Shown one piece after another: positions 1-12,680 of a DNA stretch of 64,000 nucleotides; positions within the stretch are counted from its first letter, which is position 1; each line of letters opens with the position of its first letter. Where the stretch lies: NCBI GenBank assembly GCA_951406725.2, contig OX597815.1, forward strand, positions 58,714,001 to 58,778,000, read 5' to 3'. The notes under the pieces were generated by a model that saw only the letters and a list, made by a program, of their open reading frames with translations, searched no databases and was not told the DNA's origin. The position numbers and the translations under genes are program-made. Origin of the DNA: Octopus vulgaris. Its lineage: Eukaryota.

Positions 1-2198
1 ACTGATGCTTCTTAGGTCCAGCTTTTCTCTCAAGGTACTTACACTCTGCCGAGTGTGAGTACCGGCATTACACATCCATCGGAGCATACTGGCTTCATTT
101 CTAGCGAGCTTACGCATATCCTCAGCAGTCACGGCCCATGTTTCACTGCCATGTAGCATGGCTGTTCATACACACGCATCATACAGTCTGCCTTTCACTC
201 TGTGCGAGAGGCCTTTTGTCACCAGCAGAGGTAAGAGCTCTCTGAACTTTGCCCAAGCTATTCTCTAGCAGTTACACTTTCAGCACACCCGCCCCCGCTG
301 CTGACTTGGTCACCTAGGTAACGGAAACTATCAACTATTTCTAGTTTTTCTCCCTGGAAAGTGACGGAAGTTGGTCTCAGAGCATTTTCAGTGTTTATTG
401 TTCCTGAGCATCTGCCACATACAAAAACCATCTTCCTAGTTAGCCTTCCTTTGACATTGCTGCATCTCTTATGTGTCCATAGCTTACACTTGGTGCATCT
501 TATAGAGTTTCTACCTACACCTTTTCTACAGATCGAGCAGGGCCATCTACCTGAAGGTGTTTGTGATTTGTCTACCTTCCTACTGATTACGACTTTGGTT
601 TTAGCTAGATTGACTCTGAGGCCCTTCGATTCTAATTCTTGTTTCCACACCTGAAACTTCTCCTCCAGTTCTGATAGCGACTCAGCAATTAGAGCAAGGT
701 CATCAGCATAGAGGAGCTCCCAAGGGCATCCTGTCTTGAATTCCTCCGTTATTGCCTGGAGGACTATGATAAATAGGAGGGGGCTGAGTACTGAGCCTTG
801 GTGGACTCCTACCTCTACCCGAAATTCTTCACTGTACACATTTCCAACCCTCACCCTACTAGCGGCGTCCCTATACATGGCCCGCACAGCTCTCACTAAC
901 CATTCATCTATCCCTAGTTTCCTCATTGCCCACCAGATAAGGGATCGGGGGACCCTGTCGAAGGCTTTCTCCATGTCAACAAAAGCCAGGTACAGGGGCT
1001 TATCTTTGGCTAGGTATTTCTCCTGCAGCTGCCTTACCAGGAATATAGCATCAGTAGTACTTTTCCCTGGCACAAACCCAAACTGCATCTCATCTAAACT
1101 AACTCTCTCTCTAATTAGTTGGGCTATGACCCTCTCCGTAACCGTCATCACCTGGTCCAACAGCTTGATACCTCTGTAGTTATTTGTATCTAGGGCATCA
1201 CCTTTACCTTTGTAGCAGTTGACTATTATACTGCTACACCAGTCATTGGGTATGACCCCTTTGTGTATCACCTGATTAACTATACGGGTGACTAGGCTAT
1301 AGCCGACACTACCAGACATTTTGAGCATCTCTGCAGTGATTCCTGATGGGCCTGGGGCTTTCCCTGTCTTCATGCTTCTAATTGCCTTAGCTACCACGGA
1401 ACTATCAACTCGGATAGCTGGTCCCTCTGTTGGGTCAACATTCGGCAGACTCTCTTTATCCCATTCATTTTCTTCATTCAGCAACCTTTCATAGTGGCAT
1501 CTCCAAACCTCTCTCTTTGCATCCTCATTTAGCGCAAGTGAACCATCTTCCATGCGAACACACTTCTCTCCTACCACATCACGATTCTCTCTCACACACT
1601 GTCTTGCAACACGAAACACCTCCAGTCTTTGGTCCTCACGGCGCAGAACATTGGCAAATTTTTTCTTATCTGCTTCCCCTCTGGCTAAATAAACCTGTCT
1701 CCTAGCTTCTCTTTTGGCAGTCTGATACAATCCCCTGCTACCCCCATTTTTCCAGACCTTCCAAGCCTGTCTCTTTTCTCTAATAGCCCTGTCTACAATA
1801 TTGTTCCACCACCACGTTATTCTAGGTCGAGAGGGGACTTTGCACCAGCCACAGATCTGGTCAGTGGCTCTCAGCAGGTTGTCCCTTAGAAACGTCCAGC
1901 TGTCTTCTACCCCCTGTGATGCTCTATCCCCTTCTACTTCGTCAGAGGCTTCAAGTAATATGTCCCTAAATCTCTGTCCATTTGCAGGATCTTTAAGCTT
2001 CCAGATCCTTCTTCTCCATATTTGTCATCTTCTGGTTGTCCTCCTAGTCCTGATCCTAAAGTCACTAACTACCAGTCTATGTTGTGGGGTACATTCTTCA
2101 CTTGGGAAGGTTTTGGCATTTATAAGCAGCCATCTCTCCCTTTGCCTTGTAAGGATGTAGTCAATTTGGCTGGTATGTTGGCCCGATTGGTAAGTGCA
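1..2198 (-). mobile_element. RTE-clade non-LTR retrotransposon, 5'-truncated, continues past the window start
   Basis: End of the AP-endonuclease (TYQSGQHTSQIDYIL..QHRLVVSDF, ~2030-2198) followed by RT motifs KAPGPSG, NYRGIKLL, QFGFVPG, FVDMEKAFD, GVHQGSVLSP, YADD. Confidence 0.95.
258..1730 (-). pseudogene. RTE reverse transcriptase ORF fragment with intact YADD and an internal C4HC3 finger
   Basis: 490-aa ORF. It ends at a frameshift near 260 (gctattctctagc here vs gctattcttattctagc in a paralogue). Confidence 0.9.
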
Positions 2199-2699
2199 AT
2201 AATGTATAATCCTTTTTGTGCGTGTGTGTGTGTATGCGTATATAGACGTGTGCGGGTATGTACATATATGGGCGTGCGTGTGCGTGCACAGGGGTGTGTC
2301 CGTATATGAACGTGGTTTACTCTTTGTATACTTCCTTATGCCTTTTTTCTGTATTGTTACTCTTAACCGTTTTTTTTTCTTGTGCTTGTGCGAATGTAGA
2401 CGTATGTATGAACTTTTATGGTGCGCGTGTGTGTATGAGTTTGTATATATATATGCATATACATTTGGCGAAAAATGCAAGTGAAGATGTGTACGTTTTC
2501 ATAGTGATGTATGCGTATGCATGTGGGTGCGCAAACGCACATGTGTACATATGAACAGGCATGTTTACGTGTTTACTATGAAATTTTAACCTTATCTTAA
2601 TTAGCGGTCTTTTGAATTAGCACTTTTGTATAATTAGAGGACTATAACACAGTAATTTCCTTTTGTATAATGGTAATTTTTCATAGCGTTTTTCAGATG

Positions 2700-2769
2700 G
2701 CCAGATAACCGAAGAGATGGTGGCGTGGATTTCCACCTCAGCATCCGAAACTCAGAGTTTTATCTTGGC
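2700..2769 (+). ncRNA. Type I hammerhead ribozyme motif, PLE pseudo-LTR type
   Basis: gccagataa-CCGAAGA-gatg..catc-c-GAAA-ctcagag-TT-ttatcttggc. Stems I and II pair and stem III is minimal. The core has C in place of U4. Confidence 0.65.
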
Positions 2770-2873
2770 TACCGAATAATTGTCACATATTATTTTACAG
2801 ATATATATCTATATATATATATAGATATATATCTATATATATATATATATATATATACAGATATATTTATTTA

Positions 2874-3747
2874 CTAGGTGACATGCCCGGTTATTCCCAG
2901 GAAGGCAGGGCTTATTCCTTGGTTCCATTCTCATAATTGTTTCACTAATTCAGTAACAACAATACAAATTATATAGCCTTTAAAATGGTTTTTATGCATT
3001 TACATTGAATACCGAACTGTTTTACATAGGATCTTGTTTTTAGCAATTCCGAATAAGTTGTGGATACAAAAATTGTGAAGTCAATTATGTAATAAAATGA
3101 AATTATTCACCTGATAATAAGAATGCAAATAAAGTAGACCCAAAAAGGGCTTTAATACATTCCCAGAGTATAAAGAATTTAGGGGGAAATACTAAAAGGT
3201 ATGGAAACTAAAATCATGAAGCATGTTACATAATAACAGTCTAATCAGATATGAGATAATAACAATTCGAAGTAAATAACTCTGAAAAGGGCTTTTGTGT
3301 GTTCCCAGAGAATATTACCCAGTGGCGCTACTGTTGGTATATTCGTGAATAAGCCACTAACCGAAATAAATGGATCTATTCTTTAGGAAAATACTATTTA
3401 CTTGTTGAAGTATTGTACTGGATAAATTGAGAAAATAACTCACAGTTCAAATACTAAGAAATAAGCATACCCATGTTGATTTACACCAGATAATTTACGA
3501 AGATGAATAGGTTATTTCCTTTGAATGTTTAAATAAAATATACTTGTTATATGTAGTAGATATAAGGATCCCAACCAGAGGCCCTATTATCGATTTTTTC
3601 CAGCAATCTAAGTATGTCATGAGGTTTCCAGACTTGAGTTCTACTCCTGTGTAAAGTTTCATAAAAATTGATAAAATTATGAAAGAGGAGTTAGGTAAGA
3701 AACCCACAAACACACCCACAGACAGAACTTTCCATAAATGAAGTAGA
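2874..3747 (-). mobile_element. Non-autonomous Helitron
   Basis: Minus strand starts TC (a|TCTACTTC) and ends with a hairpin-like cctgggaataaccggg followed by CTAG|t. Confidence 0.6.
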
Positions 3748-3771
3748 TATTTATGTACGTGTGTGTGTGTA

Positions 3772-5928
3772 TCATCATCATCATCATCGTTTAACGTCCA
3801 CTTTCCATGCTAGCATGGGTTGGACGATTTGACTGAGGACTGGCTAACCAGATGGCGGCAACAGGCTCCAATCTAGATCAGGCAGAATTTCTACAGCTGG
3901 ATGCCCTTCCCAATGCCAACCACTCCAAGAGTGTAGCGGGTGCTTTTACGTGCCAGTCAGGTGGTACTGGCAACGACCTCGCTCAAATGTTTTTTTCACA
4001 TGCCAGTAAGGAAACGCTGGTAATGATCACACTCGAATGGTGGCTTTTACATGCTACTGGCACGGAAGCAATTAAGCCACTCTGCTTGGATGGTGCTCTT
4101 AGCACCCCATTAACACGGGGCACAAGTGCCAGTAAGGCACTTAGCACCCCACTAGCACGGATGCCAGTCATTGAATTTGATTTCGATTTCACTTGCCTCA
4201 ACGGGTCTTCGCAAGCAGAGTTTAGTGTCCAATGAACGAAAGGTATGCATAAGTGGGCTGGTTACGCCCCTGACATAGGCCACGAGGTTATGGTCTGATT
4301 TGGCTTGCCAGGTCTTCTCAAGCACAGCATATTCCAAAAGTCTCTGTCACTAGTCATTGCCTCGGTGAGGCTTAATGTTCAAAGATCGTGCTTCACCACT
4401 TCATCCCAGGTCTTCCTGGGTCTACCTCTTCCACAGGTTCCCTCAACCGCTAGGGTGTGGCACTTTTTCACACAGCTATCCTCATCCACTCTTGCCACAT
4501 GACCACACCAGCGCAGTCATCTCTCTTGCACACTACATCTCATGCTTCTTAGGTCCAACTTTTCTTTCAAGGTACTTAGATTCTGTCAAGTATGCACACT
4601 GACATTACACATCCATTGGATCATATTGGCTTCATTCCTTGTAAGCTTACGCATGTCCTCAGCAGTCATGGCAAATATTTCACTGTCATGTAGCATGGCT
4701 GTTCGTACACATGTGTCATACAGTCTACCTTTTACTCTGGGAGAGAAGCCCTTTATCACTAGCAGAGTTCCCTGAACTTTGCCCAGGCTATTCGTATTCT
4801 AGCAGCTACACTTTCAGCGCACCCTCCCCTGCTACTGACTTGGTCACCTAGGTAACGAAAGCTATCAAATACTTCTAGTTTTTCTCCCTGAAATGTGGCA
4901 CAAGTTGTTCTCTACACATTTTCGGTGTTTATTGCTCCTGAGCATCTGCCATATACAAAAACTATCTTCCCAGTCAGCCTTCCTTTGATATTACTGCACC
5001 TCTTATGTGTCCATAGCTTACACTTGGTGCATCTTATAGAGTTTCTACCTACGCCTTTTCTACATATCGAGCAGGGCCATCTCCCTGAAGGGGTTTGTGG
5101 TTTGTCTGCCTTCCTACTTATTAGGATTTTGGTTTTAGCTAGGTTGACTATAAGGCCCTTTGATTCTAATCCTTGTTTCCTCACCTGAAACTCCTCCTCG
5201 AGTTCTGATAGTGACTCAGCAATTAGAACAAGTTCGTCAGCACAGAGGAGCTCCCAAGAGCATCCTGTCTTGAATTCCTCTATTATTGCCTGGAGGACTA
5301 TGATAAATAGGAGGAGGCTAAGGACTGAACCTTTGTGGACCCCTACCCCTACCCAGAATTCTTCAGTGTACTCGTTGCCAACCCTCACCTTACTGACAAC
5401 GTCCCTGTACATGGCTTGCGCAGCTCTCACTAACCATTCATCTATCCCTAGTTTCCTCATTGACCACCAGATAAGGGATCAGGGGACCCTGTTAAAGGCT
5501 TTCTCCATGTCAACAAAAGCCAGGTACAGAGGTTTATTTTTGGCTAGGTATTTCTCCTGCAGCTGTCTTACCAGAAATATAGCATCAGTGGTGCTTTTCC
5601 CTGGCACAAAGCCAAACTGCATCTCATCTAAACTGACTCTCTCCCTAATTAGTTGGGCTATAACCCTCTCTATGACCTTCATTACCTGATTAACAACTTG
5701 ATACCTCTGTAATTATTTGTATCTAAAGCATCGCCTTTTCCTTTGTAGCAGTTGACTATAGTGCTGCTACACTAGTCATTGGGTATGACTCCTTCGTGTA
5801 TCACCTGGTTAACTATATGGGTGACTGCGTTATAGCTGACACTGCCAGATATTTTGAGCATCTCTGCTGTAATTCCTGATGGGCCGGGAGCTTTTCCTGT
5901 CTTCATACTTTTAATTGCTTTATCTACC

Positions 5929-5930
<2 letters not shown>
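3772..5930 (-). mobile_element. RTE LINE 3' portion with 3' UTR and (GAT)n tail, decayed
   Basis: RT fragments 4912-5682. The tail reads aacccatgctagcatggaaagtggacgttaaacgatgatg on the minus strand. Confidence 0.93.
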
Positions 5931-5962
<32 letters not shown>

Positions 5963-5965
<3 letters not shown>

Positions 5966-6340
5966 ATATAAACGGCAGTTTGTCTGTGTGTGTTTCTGTG
6001 TGTCTGTTTGGTTGTACCCTCACCCTGACCACGGCTTTCAACCGATTCTGATGAAACCTGACACACACATAGCCCAATGTCATAATTCAAAACTAACGCA
6101 ACGAAAATTTTGAAAAGTTCCCCCAGTTCTGAAAAAAATCGATAAATTCGACATGGGGTCGAGAATCAGAAACACAAACCACAGACTGTCTAGGGGACGC
6201 AACTCGACCTTTTTTAACTCAAAAAATAATTTACCATCATTTTTTTTCCATTTTTTTGCTATTTTTTGGCTATAACTCTCTAAAAATGCTTTATAGTTAT
6301 TTCCCTTACAAACCTGAGCAACGCCGGGCTATACTGCTAG
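5963..6340 (+). mobile_element. Non-autonomous Helitron, family A
   Basis: a|TCTATATAAACGGCAG ... cctgagcaacgccggg hairpin ... CTAG|t. Several copies occur in this window. Confidence 0.8.
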
Positions 6341-6667
6341 TATATATATATACATTTATATATACATATCTATACGTACATATTTACATATACCTTAACA
6401 TATATATATATATATATAATTAAAATACTGAGGGTAGAAATTGACATCAAGCAATTAACATCAATTTAAACCAGTGGTCTAACATATTCAAAAAAATCCA
6501 AAGTATTTAAAAATTATATTCCAATTAATAAGAGGAATGACCACTAAAGTGGAATCCTATATGCTAGAAATAGACGTGAAATCACCTTACCACAAAGAGT
6601 GTGTTCTCAAGAAAAAAAACCCCAGCAAATGCCAAAATGTAAAAAAATAAGCAAGGCACATGAAAAT

Positions 6668-6783
6668 TTACAAAATAAAACGATTACCTACGTATCATGA
6701 TGTCATTATTAACACTTGCATCTTGCATTTTGCAAATGTTAATAATGAAATCATGATACTTAGGTAATCATTTTATTTTGTAA
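6668..6783. repeat. Imperfect ~116 bp palindrome
   Basis: ttacaaaataaaacgattacctacgtatcatga... pairs with ...tcatgatacttaggtaatcattttattttgtaa. Confidence 0.85.
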
Positions 6784-6829
6784 TGGTTCTGGGTTCATAG
6801 ATATTGTCTACTAATCTGAATAAGAACAG

Positions 6830-7038
6830 CAGTAACCCGCACAATGCTGGGTCATTCAGCTAGTTTTAAATATGACAAAGAATTTAGCAAAATAACTTAA
6901 TTATCATTAAGCTAGTGTTAGGAACATAAATTGTGACTAAGGTTTGGTGGAAGATTTTAATTCAGAACTTTTGAAAATGAGACATTTGTAATACAGAGCC
7001 AGAGGCGGTTTCAGCCAGGTTGATATCAAAAGGGTTAA
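6830..7038 (-). mobile_element. Possible non-autonomous piggyBac/MITE-like end fragment
   Basis: Minus strand reads TTAA|CCCTTTTGATATC. The other terminus was not found. Confidence 0.3.
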
Positions 7039-7470
7039 AAGCATAAATTAAAAGAATAAAAACATTTGTAACTTACAGTAAACAGTAAAGAGAGAGAGAA
7101 AAAACAGAATGAATATGTAAGCACTAACACAAATTATCCGACTGTATTCAACATTACATCAGACTTTAGTAGTCTACAAAATAATATTTATTGTGCAACT
7201 TAATTTTTATTGATGAAATTTAATCAACATTTCTCAAAGAAAAACGAAATTTACATGTACAAGAATATCCACTAGGTAAAATTTGGACGTTGCTCTCCAT
7301 ACATTGTTAAAACAGCAAGAGGGAATAAACAACATTCTCAATATGACAATTTCATGCTAATTATGGCTTCTAGAAAACTTATGTAGCTCAATTCAGTGTT
7401 TTTCTCCCATGTGATCTCTTGTGACAAGAGGTCACATGGGAATACATCATTTTATATATATATATATATA

Positions 7471-7660
7471 TTTCTTTACTACCCACAAGGGGCTAAACAT
7501 AGAGGGGACAAACAAGGACATACAAAGGGATTAAGTTGATTACATCGACCCAGTGTGAAACTGGTATTTTATTTATCGACCCTGAGAGTATGAAAGGAAA
7601 AGTCGACCTCAGCGGAATTTGAACTCTGAACGTAACGACAGACGAAATACCGCTAAGCAA
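7471..7660 (-). mobile_element. SINE fragment, cephalopod type
   Basis: Minus strand has a B-box-like gagttcaaattcc, then gtcgataaataaaataccagttt..ctgggtcgatgtaatc core and a 3' tail. Confidence 0.7.
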
Positions 7661-7781
7661 ATAAAAAAAATGGAGAAGCACATTAGTTGGTTCATCATGA
7701 CTTATTTATTTATCAAAACGACAACCATAATAACATACATACATATATATACATTTATATATATACACACATTTATATATA

Positions 7782-9159
7782 TAGTATCTCTTTTATCCAA
7801 TTTGATATCAATAATTATTATTCTAGTATATCCCCCATTTTACTAAATAAATCGTTTATTTTTGCTATGAATCGCTCTCTTATATCTAGAGAAGAAATTG
7901 ACATAATCCTATTAGCTAGAAAAACTATCATTGAATTTGAAGGTAAATTATGGACTAGAGCAGATACCCTTAATAATTTTGATATACCTATGGGCTCTAG
8001 CGATTCAGCTGAGATAATGAATCTAGTAGGTGCATACTTATTAAAATGCATAAACAGGGAGATCCCTGAGTTACAAGGTGGTCTATATAGGGATGATGCT
8101 CTGTTCGTTGTACCTAGCAATAGTAAATCAAGCATTGAAAGGATTGAAAAGAAAATTAATAAATTCTTTAAAGATTTTAACCTAAGCATTACTTACGAAC
8201 CTGGCACTAAGATAGTTAATTTCCTAGATGTTACCTTAAACCTTAATTCAAAGCTACATTATCCATTTAGAAAGGAAGGCAAAATCACTAGATATGTAAA
8301 TAAGTTATCTAATCATCCCCCAAATATAATAAAATCATTAATTAAAAATATTTCCCTAAGAATTTCCAAATTGTCATCTAATAGTGATATATTCAACTCT
8401 CACTCTAACCATTACAATACCGCATTATCTAAAGCGGGATATGATCAAGAAATTACCTTTCTCGATAAGGATCGTTTGTATCTTCCGAACAATGAAGCAA
8501 ATATAAATAACGCTAACAATAATAACTATCATACCCTACATAAAAATAGTTTTATGGTGATGAAAAATCTAGTGTATAAACCAAATTATAAGAATAAAAA
8601 TATTGACCAGTTCATAAGTAACTTTGAAAAAACTAATCTAGATAAATCTAAAAAACATGCAAATAGAAGTAAAACGAATAATAATTCTCATGAGAATGGT
8701 AATAATACATCTCACCCCAACTTAAAAAAATATAAAAGAGAAAATATCATTTGGCTAAATATTCCCTTTAATTGTTCGATTTTGTTGAATGTGTACAGTA
8801 AATTTAAATCTATACTAGAAAAAAACTTCCCAGCCTCCCATAAATATCATAAAATAATTTCTAAGAGATTAGTAAGGATTTCATATTCAACCCTCCCAAA
8901 TATGTCTACCATAATAGCTAGACTTAATAGTAAAAACATTAAGTTAGCCAGGAGTAGTACGATTAGTATCAACATGAATAGTAATAATAATTGTGATAAT
9001 AGCATCAAAAATAGAAATAATAATAATAATCATTATCACAATGAGAGCAACAACAACAATAATAATATCAATATTAATAAAAATAATTATAATGGTAATA
9101 ATAGGAATAATAAAAATAATACTAAAAATGATGATAGCAATAATATTAATAACAAATAA
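7782..9159 (+). pseudogene. PLE reverse transcriptase, thumb and Asn-rich linker
   Basis: Part of ORF 7687..9159. Real coding starts after the (TA)n tract. There is a frameshift in the AAT-rich tract near 9150. Confidence 0.88.
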
Positions 9160-9826
9160 CAACATTGATATAAATACAAATAATAATAATAGTAATACCA
9201 ATAATGTAGGTAATAAAGGTATTGGTATGTTAGATGTGAATGATAGTGTAAATAGATCAATAAATAGTAACCCCATTTTAGATAACAATATGACCACTAA
9301 TAATGAAAATAATATTAATAATATTACTTATAATAATTTAAATAACAGTAATGTGAGAGAACTATCCTTAAATAATTCTAAATCTGAAAATTATCCCCCC
9401 AGTTGCAATTGTAGGATTAGATCAAATTGTCCGGCATCTGGTCGTTGTTCGGTCCAAAATGTAATCTATAAATGTACTATAATAACTTCTAACAGTAACT
9501 TCTTTTATATTGGTTGTTCTGTTAATTTTAAACAACGTCTTAACAATCATCTCTCCTCTTTCCGTTTGAAACATAAGGCAGGTTGCACTACACTATCTAG
9601 CAAAATTTGGGAACTTAAAACTAATAATATAGAATACAACCTAAAATGGGATATAGTTAGGAGGTCAAAACCTTATAGAAATAATAGAGTAGGCTGCCAA
9701 CTCTGTTCTATGAAAACCTACGAAATTTTAAAGTATCGAAGTAATAAAAATCTACTAAATAATCGTCTAGAGTTAGGTCTGTCTTGCATTCATTCAACAA
9801 TTAGAACTTTCAAATATTTTAAATAG
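9155..9826 (+). pseudogene. PLE zinc-knuckle and GIY-YIG endonuclease
   Basis: CNCR..CP..GRC..NVIY..YIG..FKQRLNNH..TTLS..IWELK..CQLC..LLNNRLE..CIH. Confidence 0.9.
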
Positions 9827-10641
9827 AAATTTTAAGGTTTTCTTACTTTTTCTAACTGTATCTTTTTAATATAATAATAATACGAGATATACTATACCAA
9901 CCTCTAATTAACTTTTATAGTCAACTAAATTAACCTTACTTTAATCATGAAATTGCACATTTTCCCAATTCTATTCTAATTTTAACATTTAATACTATTC
10001 CCCAAGTTATATAATTCGATATCTACTATAAATTAAATGAGGTGTTGCTCCCTTACCCTTTGCTAAAGAATTTAATTGACCTCTGGACATTGACCTAGAT
10101 TTTTTCTCACCATATAAAAATAAATAGTCCTTCTATTCTAGTGATAACCTTGATTTCATTAATGTATTTTTCTCTGCAACTATCTTAAACCCCTTTTACA
10201 GCTTTCCTTATATTCCCTTCCCTAAATTCCAACTAAAAATTTCTGATGGCTTTCATTTGAAAGCAAGGTCTGGTCAGCTTCATAGTCTCCTAAGAATTTA
10301 GTGCTCCTTCCACACTGACCTAAATCTGCTGTCACCACATAAATAGATTGACCCTTTGTTCTAGTGTCAATCTGTTTTGTCTTTTACATCTCCTAAATTT
10401 TTTCCCCTTCTTTTCTTCAACTAACTTGATTCCTTAACCTGCCCTTACCACCATTCTTATAACTAAGGAAATTTTTCTTACAATAGTTAGTTGTGAACTT
10501 AATTTTGGTCTGGTTAGCATCCTCACTATACTACCTCATGTTCCTGAAATTCATATCTACATCTTTATCTGTATATTTACCTTCTCTAGGATGTTATTAA
10601 TTGATTTGAGAACTCTATATTATTGGAAAACTTATATAAAA

Positions 10642-10727
10642 TTAGCTGAAGATTACTTGACATATTATATCTGCTGTAATATTTACAGCTTTTAATAAAA
10701 TGTTATAGTATGAAACAATTGTACTAA
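10642..10727 (+). ncRNA. Hammerhead ribozyme with canonical core and long stem II
   Basis: ttag-CTGAAGA-[long stem II with inner gctgtaa/ttacagc]-GAAA-caattg-TA-ctaa. Confidence 0.75.
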
Positions 10728-10774
10728 ATTACCGGATCCATTCTTGTTGCTTATTTTTGACATTTATATATATA

Positions 10775-11556
10775 CTAGCAGCATAGCCCGGCGTTGCCCG
10801 GGTATGTAAGAGCCCCTAGTAGGCAACGACTAATCCCAATCTAGTCCTTTCCCTCTAGGGAACGAAGGCGCATGTGTAGGTTGCAATGTCTTCTCTTCAC
10901 TCCCAAATAACTATCAAACAGCTATCGATAATTCAACCCAACCAATTCCTACCAGGAAGAAATTACATTTGAGACTTTACCCCCAACTTCTGCTAATAGC
11001 TGCTGCAGCCGCAAGTTATTCGAATAATTTTTTTGTTCACACTTTCTTTATAACTACCACCCCAAACGTTTTACCTTGAATTTTTGACGTACCCTAAGGG
11101 TCCTCGGACGCTACTTGCAAACTCTTGGTTTATTATAAACCGCTTTTGTCGTGTGCATCAAAAAACCTTTTCCATTCGTTTGTTCAGTTTGGTTACTTTT
11201 GACTTTTTCGTTGTTGTCACTCACATTGCTGCCCGCTTTTTTGCCGTTTTTGTACATTTTTATACATTTTGGGATACTTACCCCACGTGTTCCGAGAGTT
11301 AAAAAGGTCAAGTTGCGTCCCCTAGACAGTCTGTAGAAAATGTGTTGCATATAAAAAGCTTAGATTCTCGACCCATGTCGAATTTATCGATTTTTTTCAG
11401 AACTGGGGAAACTTTTCAAAATTTTCGCTGCGTTAGTTTTGAATTATGACATTGGGCTATGTGTGTGTCAAGTTTCATCAGAATCGGTTGAAAGCCGTGG
11501 TTAGGGTGAGGGTACAACCTGACAGACACACAGATAGACAAACTGCCGTTTATATA

Positions 11557-11560
<4 letters not shown>
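10775..11560 (-). mobile_element. Non-autonomous Helitron, family A variant with a different ~500 bp interior
   Basis: The 5' ~240 bp match 5963. The 3' end is cccgggcaacgccggg..CTAG. Confidence 0.8.
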
Positions 11561-11591
<31 letters not shown>

Positions 11592-11665
11592 TTATATATA
11601 TACATACATACATATATATATACATACACACATTTATATATATATATATATATATACACACACAT

Positions 11666-11698
<33 letters not shown>

Positions 11699-12109
11699 TA
11701 TATCTTTACTGATTTTGCACTTTTTCACCATATTGTGGGGCCAGATTTGGCAATGACCGTATTCAATTCATGAGAAATTTTTCTATCTTATAATATAGAA
11801 GTCTTAAAGAAAATATGTTCTTTTCTATGTGGAAATTAATGATGAAATTTTCACTTTTATATTGCATAACAATTATTTGACCTACCCCATCAATATTTAT
11901 ATCAAACTTTGTAAATTGGTGGAAATACTGCAGTGACTGAGGGAGCTGGCATGATATGTATCAAATTTTGATCAAAACTATGTGAAAAGAAAGCTCACAT
12001 CCAGAACTTTCAAATGATATATAATTTTCCATGAAAAAAATATATTTTAACATGAAATGATCAAGCAAAAAGTGTGTTTCTGCATGGTGAAACTGTGCTT
12101 GTCTTCCTT

Positions 12110-12680
12110 TTATGGTGCTCTATGGTGATACATAATTAAATTGCATGTTGTTTTCTTCAGCTCATTTATATATATGGCATCTAGGTTTTCCTGTAGAAGA
12201 TTAGTATCAGCAGGTTCCTTGACTGTTTGTACTACTTTTGTGTTGTTGGCATAGCCAGTAAGTGTGGCTGTCTGCATAACTGATGGTATGTCTGAAAGAG
12301 CCACCATAAACAGCAGTAGCCCCAAGACAGTTCCCTGAAGTACTCCACTTGCTATTACTCTCTCCTTGGAGAGGGTTCCATTGGCTGCCACAGCCTGACT
12401 TCTGTCTTTCAAGAAGTCATGTAACCATTCACTCAGTTTTCTCACTATGTTGAGTCTCCATATCATCCTATGGTCAACCTTATCGAAGACATTTGCAAAA
12501 TCAAGATATATCACATCTAAGTTTGAGCAATTCATTAGTGTTTCAACACCCTGTCATAATGCTGCAAAAACTATGTAAGGCAGCTTCTTCCTGAGTGGAA
12601 GCCAAGCTAGGTGTCAGAGAGCAAGTCATTATCTTCGAAGAATGCATTTGGTTTACTCCTGATAATGCATTCTATGTTTA
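12110..12680 (-). mobile_element. Degraded CR1-group LINE RT fragment
   Basis: DVIYLDFANVFDKVDH, SGVLQGTVLGLLLF, YANN (decayed YADD). Confidence 0.85.

Larger units (their letters stand above)
7782..10765 (+). mobile_element. Penelope-like element, Naiad-like, 5'-truncated
   Basis: RT (FDINNYYSSI, FDIPMGSSDSAE, GLYRDD, VNFLDV, SNHPP), C-terminal GIY-YIG, long 3' UTR ending in a hammerhead. Confidence 0.9.

Noticed and set aside
361-1179. Plus-strand ORFs over RTE copies (also 4895-5689, 20089-20883, 35568-37261)
   Set aside because: Antisense shadows of LINE coding frames
10223-10270. Second hammerhead or SECIS-like hairpin in the Naiad 3' UTR (ctgatggctttcatttgaaagc)
   Set aside because: No GAAA after the stem and no stems I/III. 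No in-frame UGA needing a SECIS
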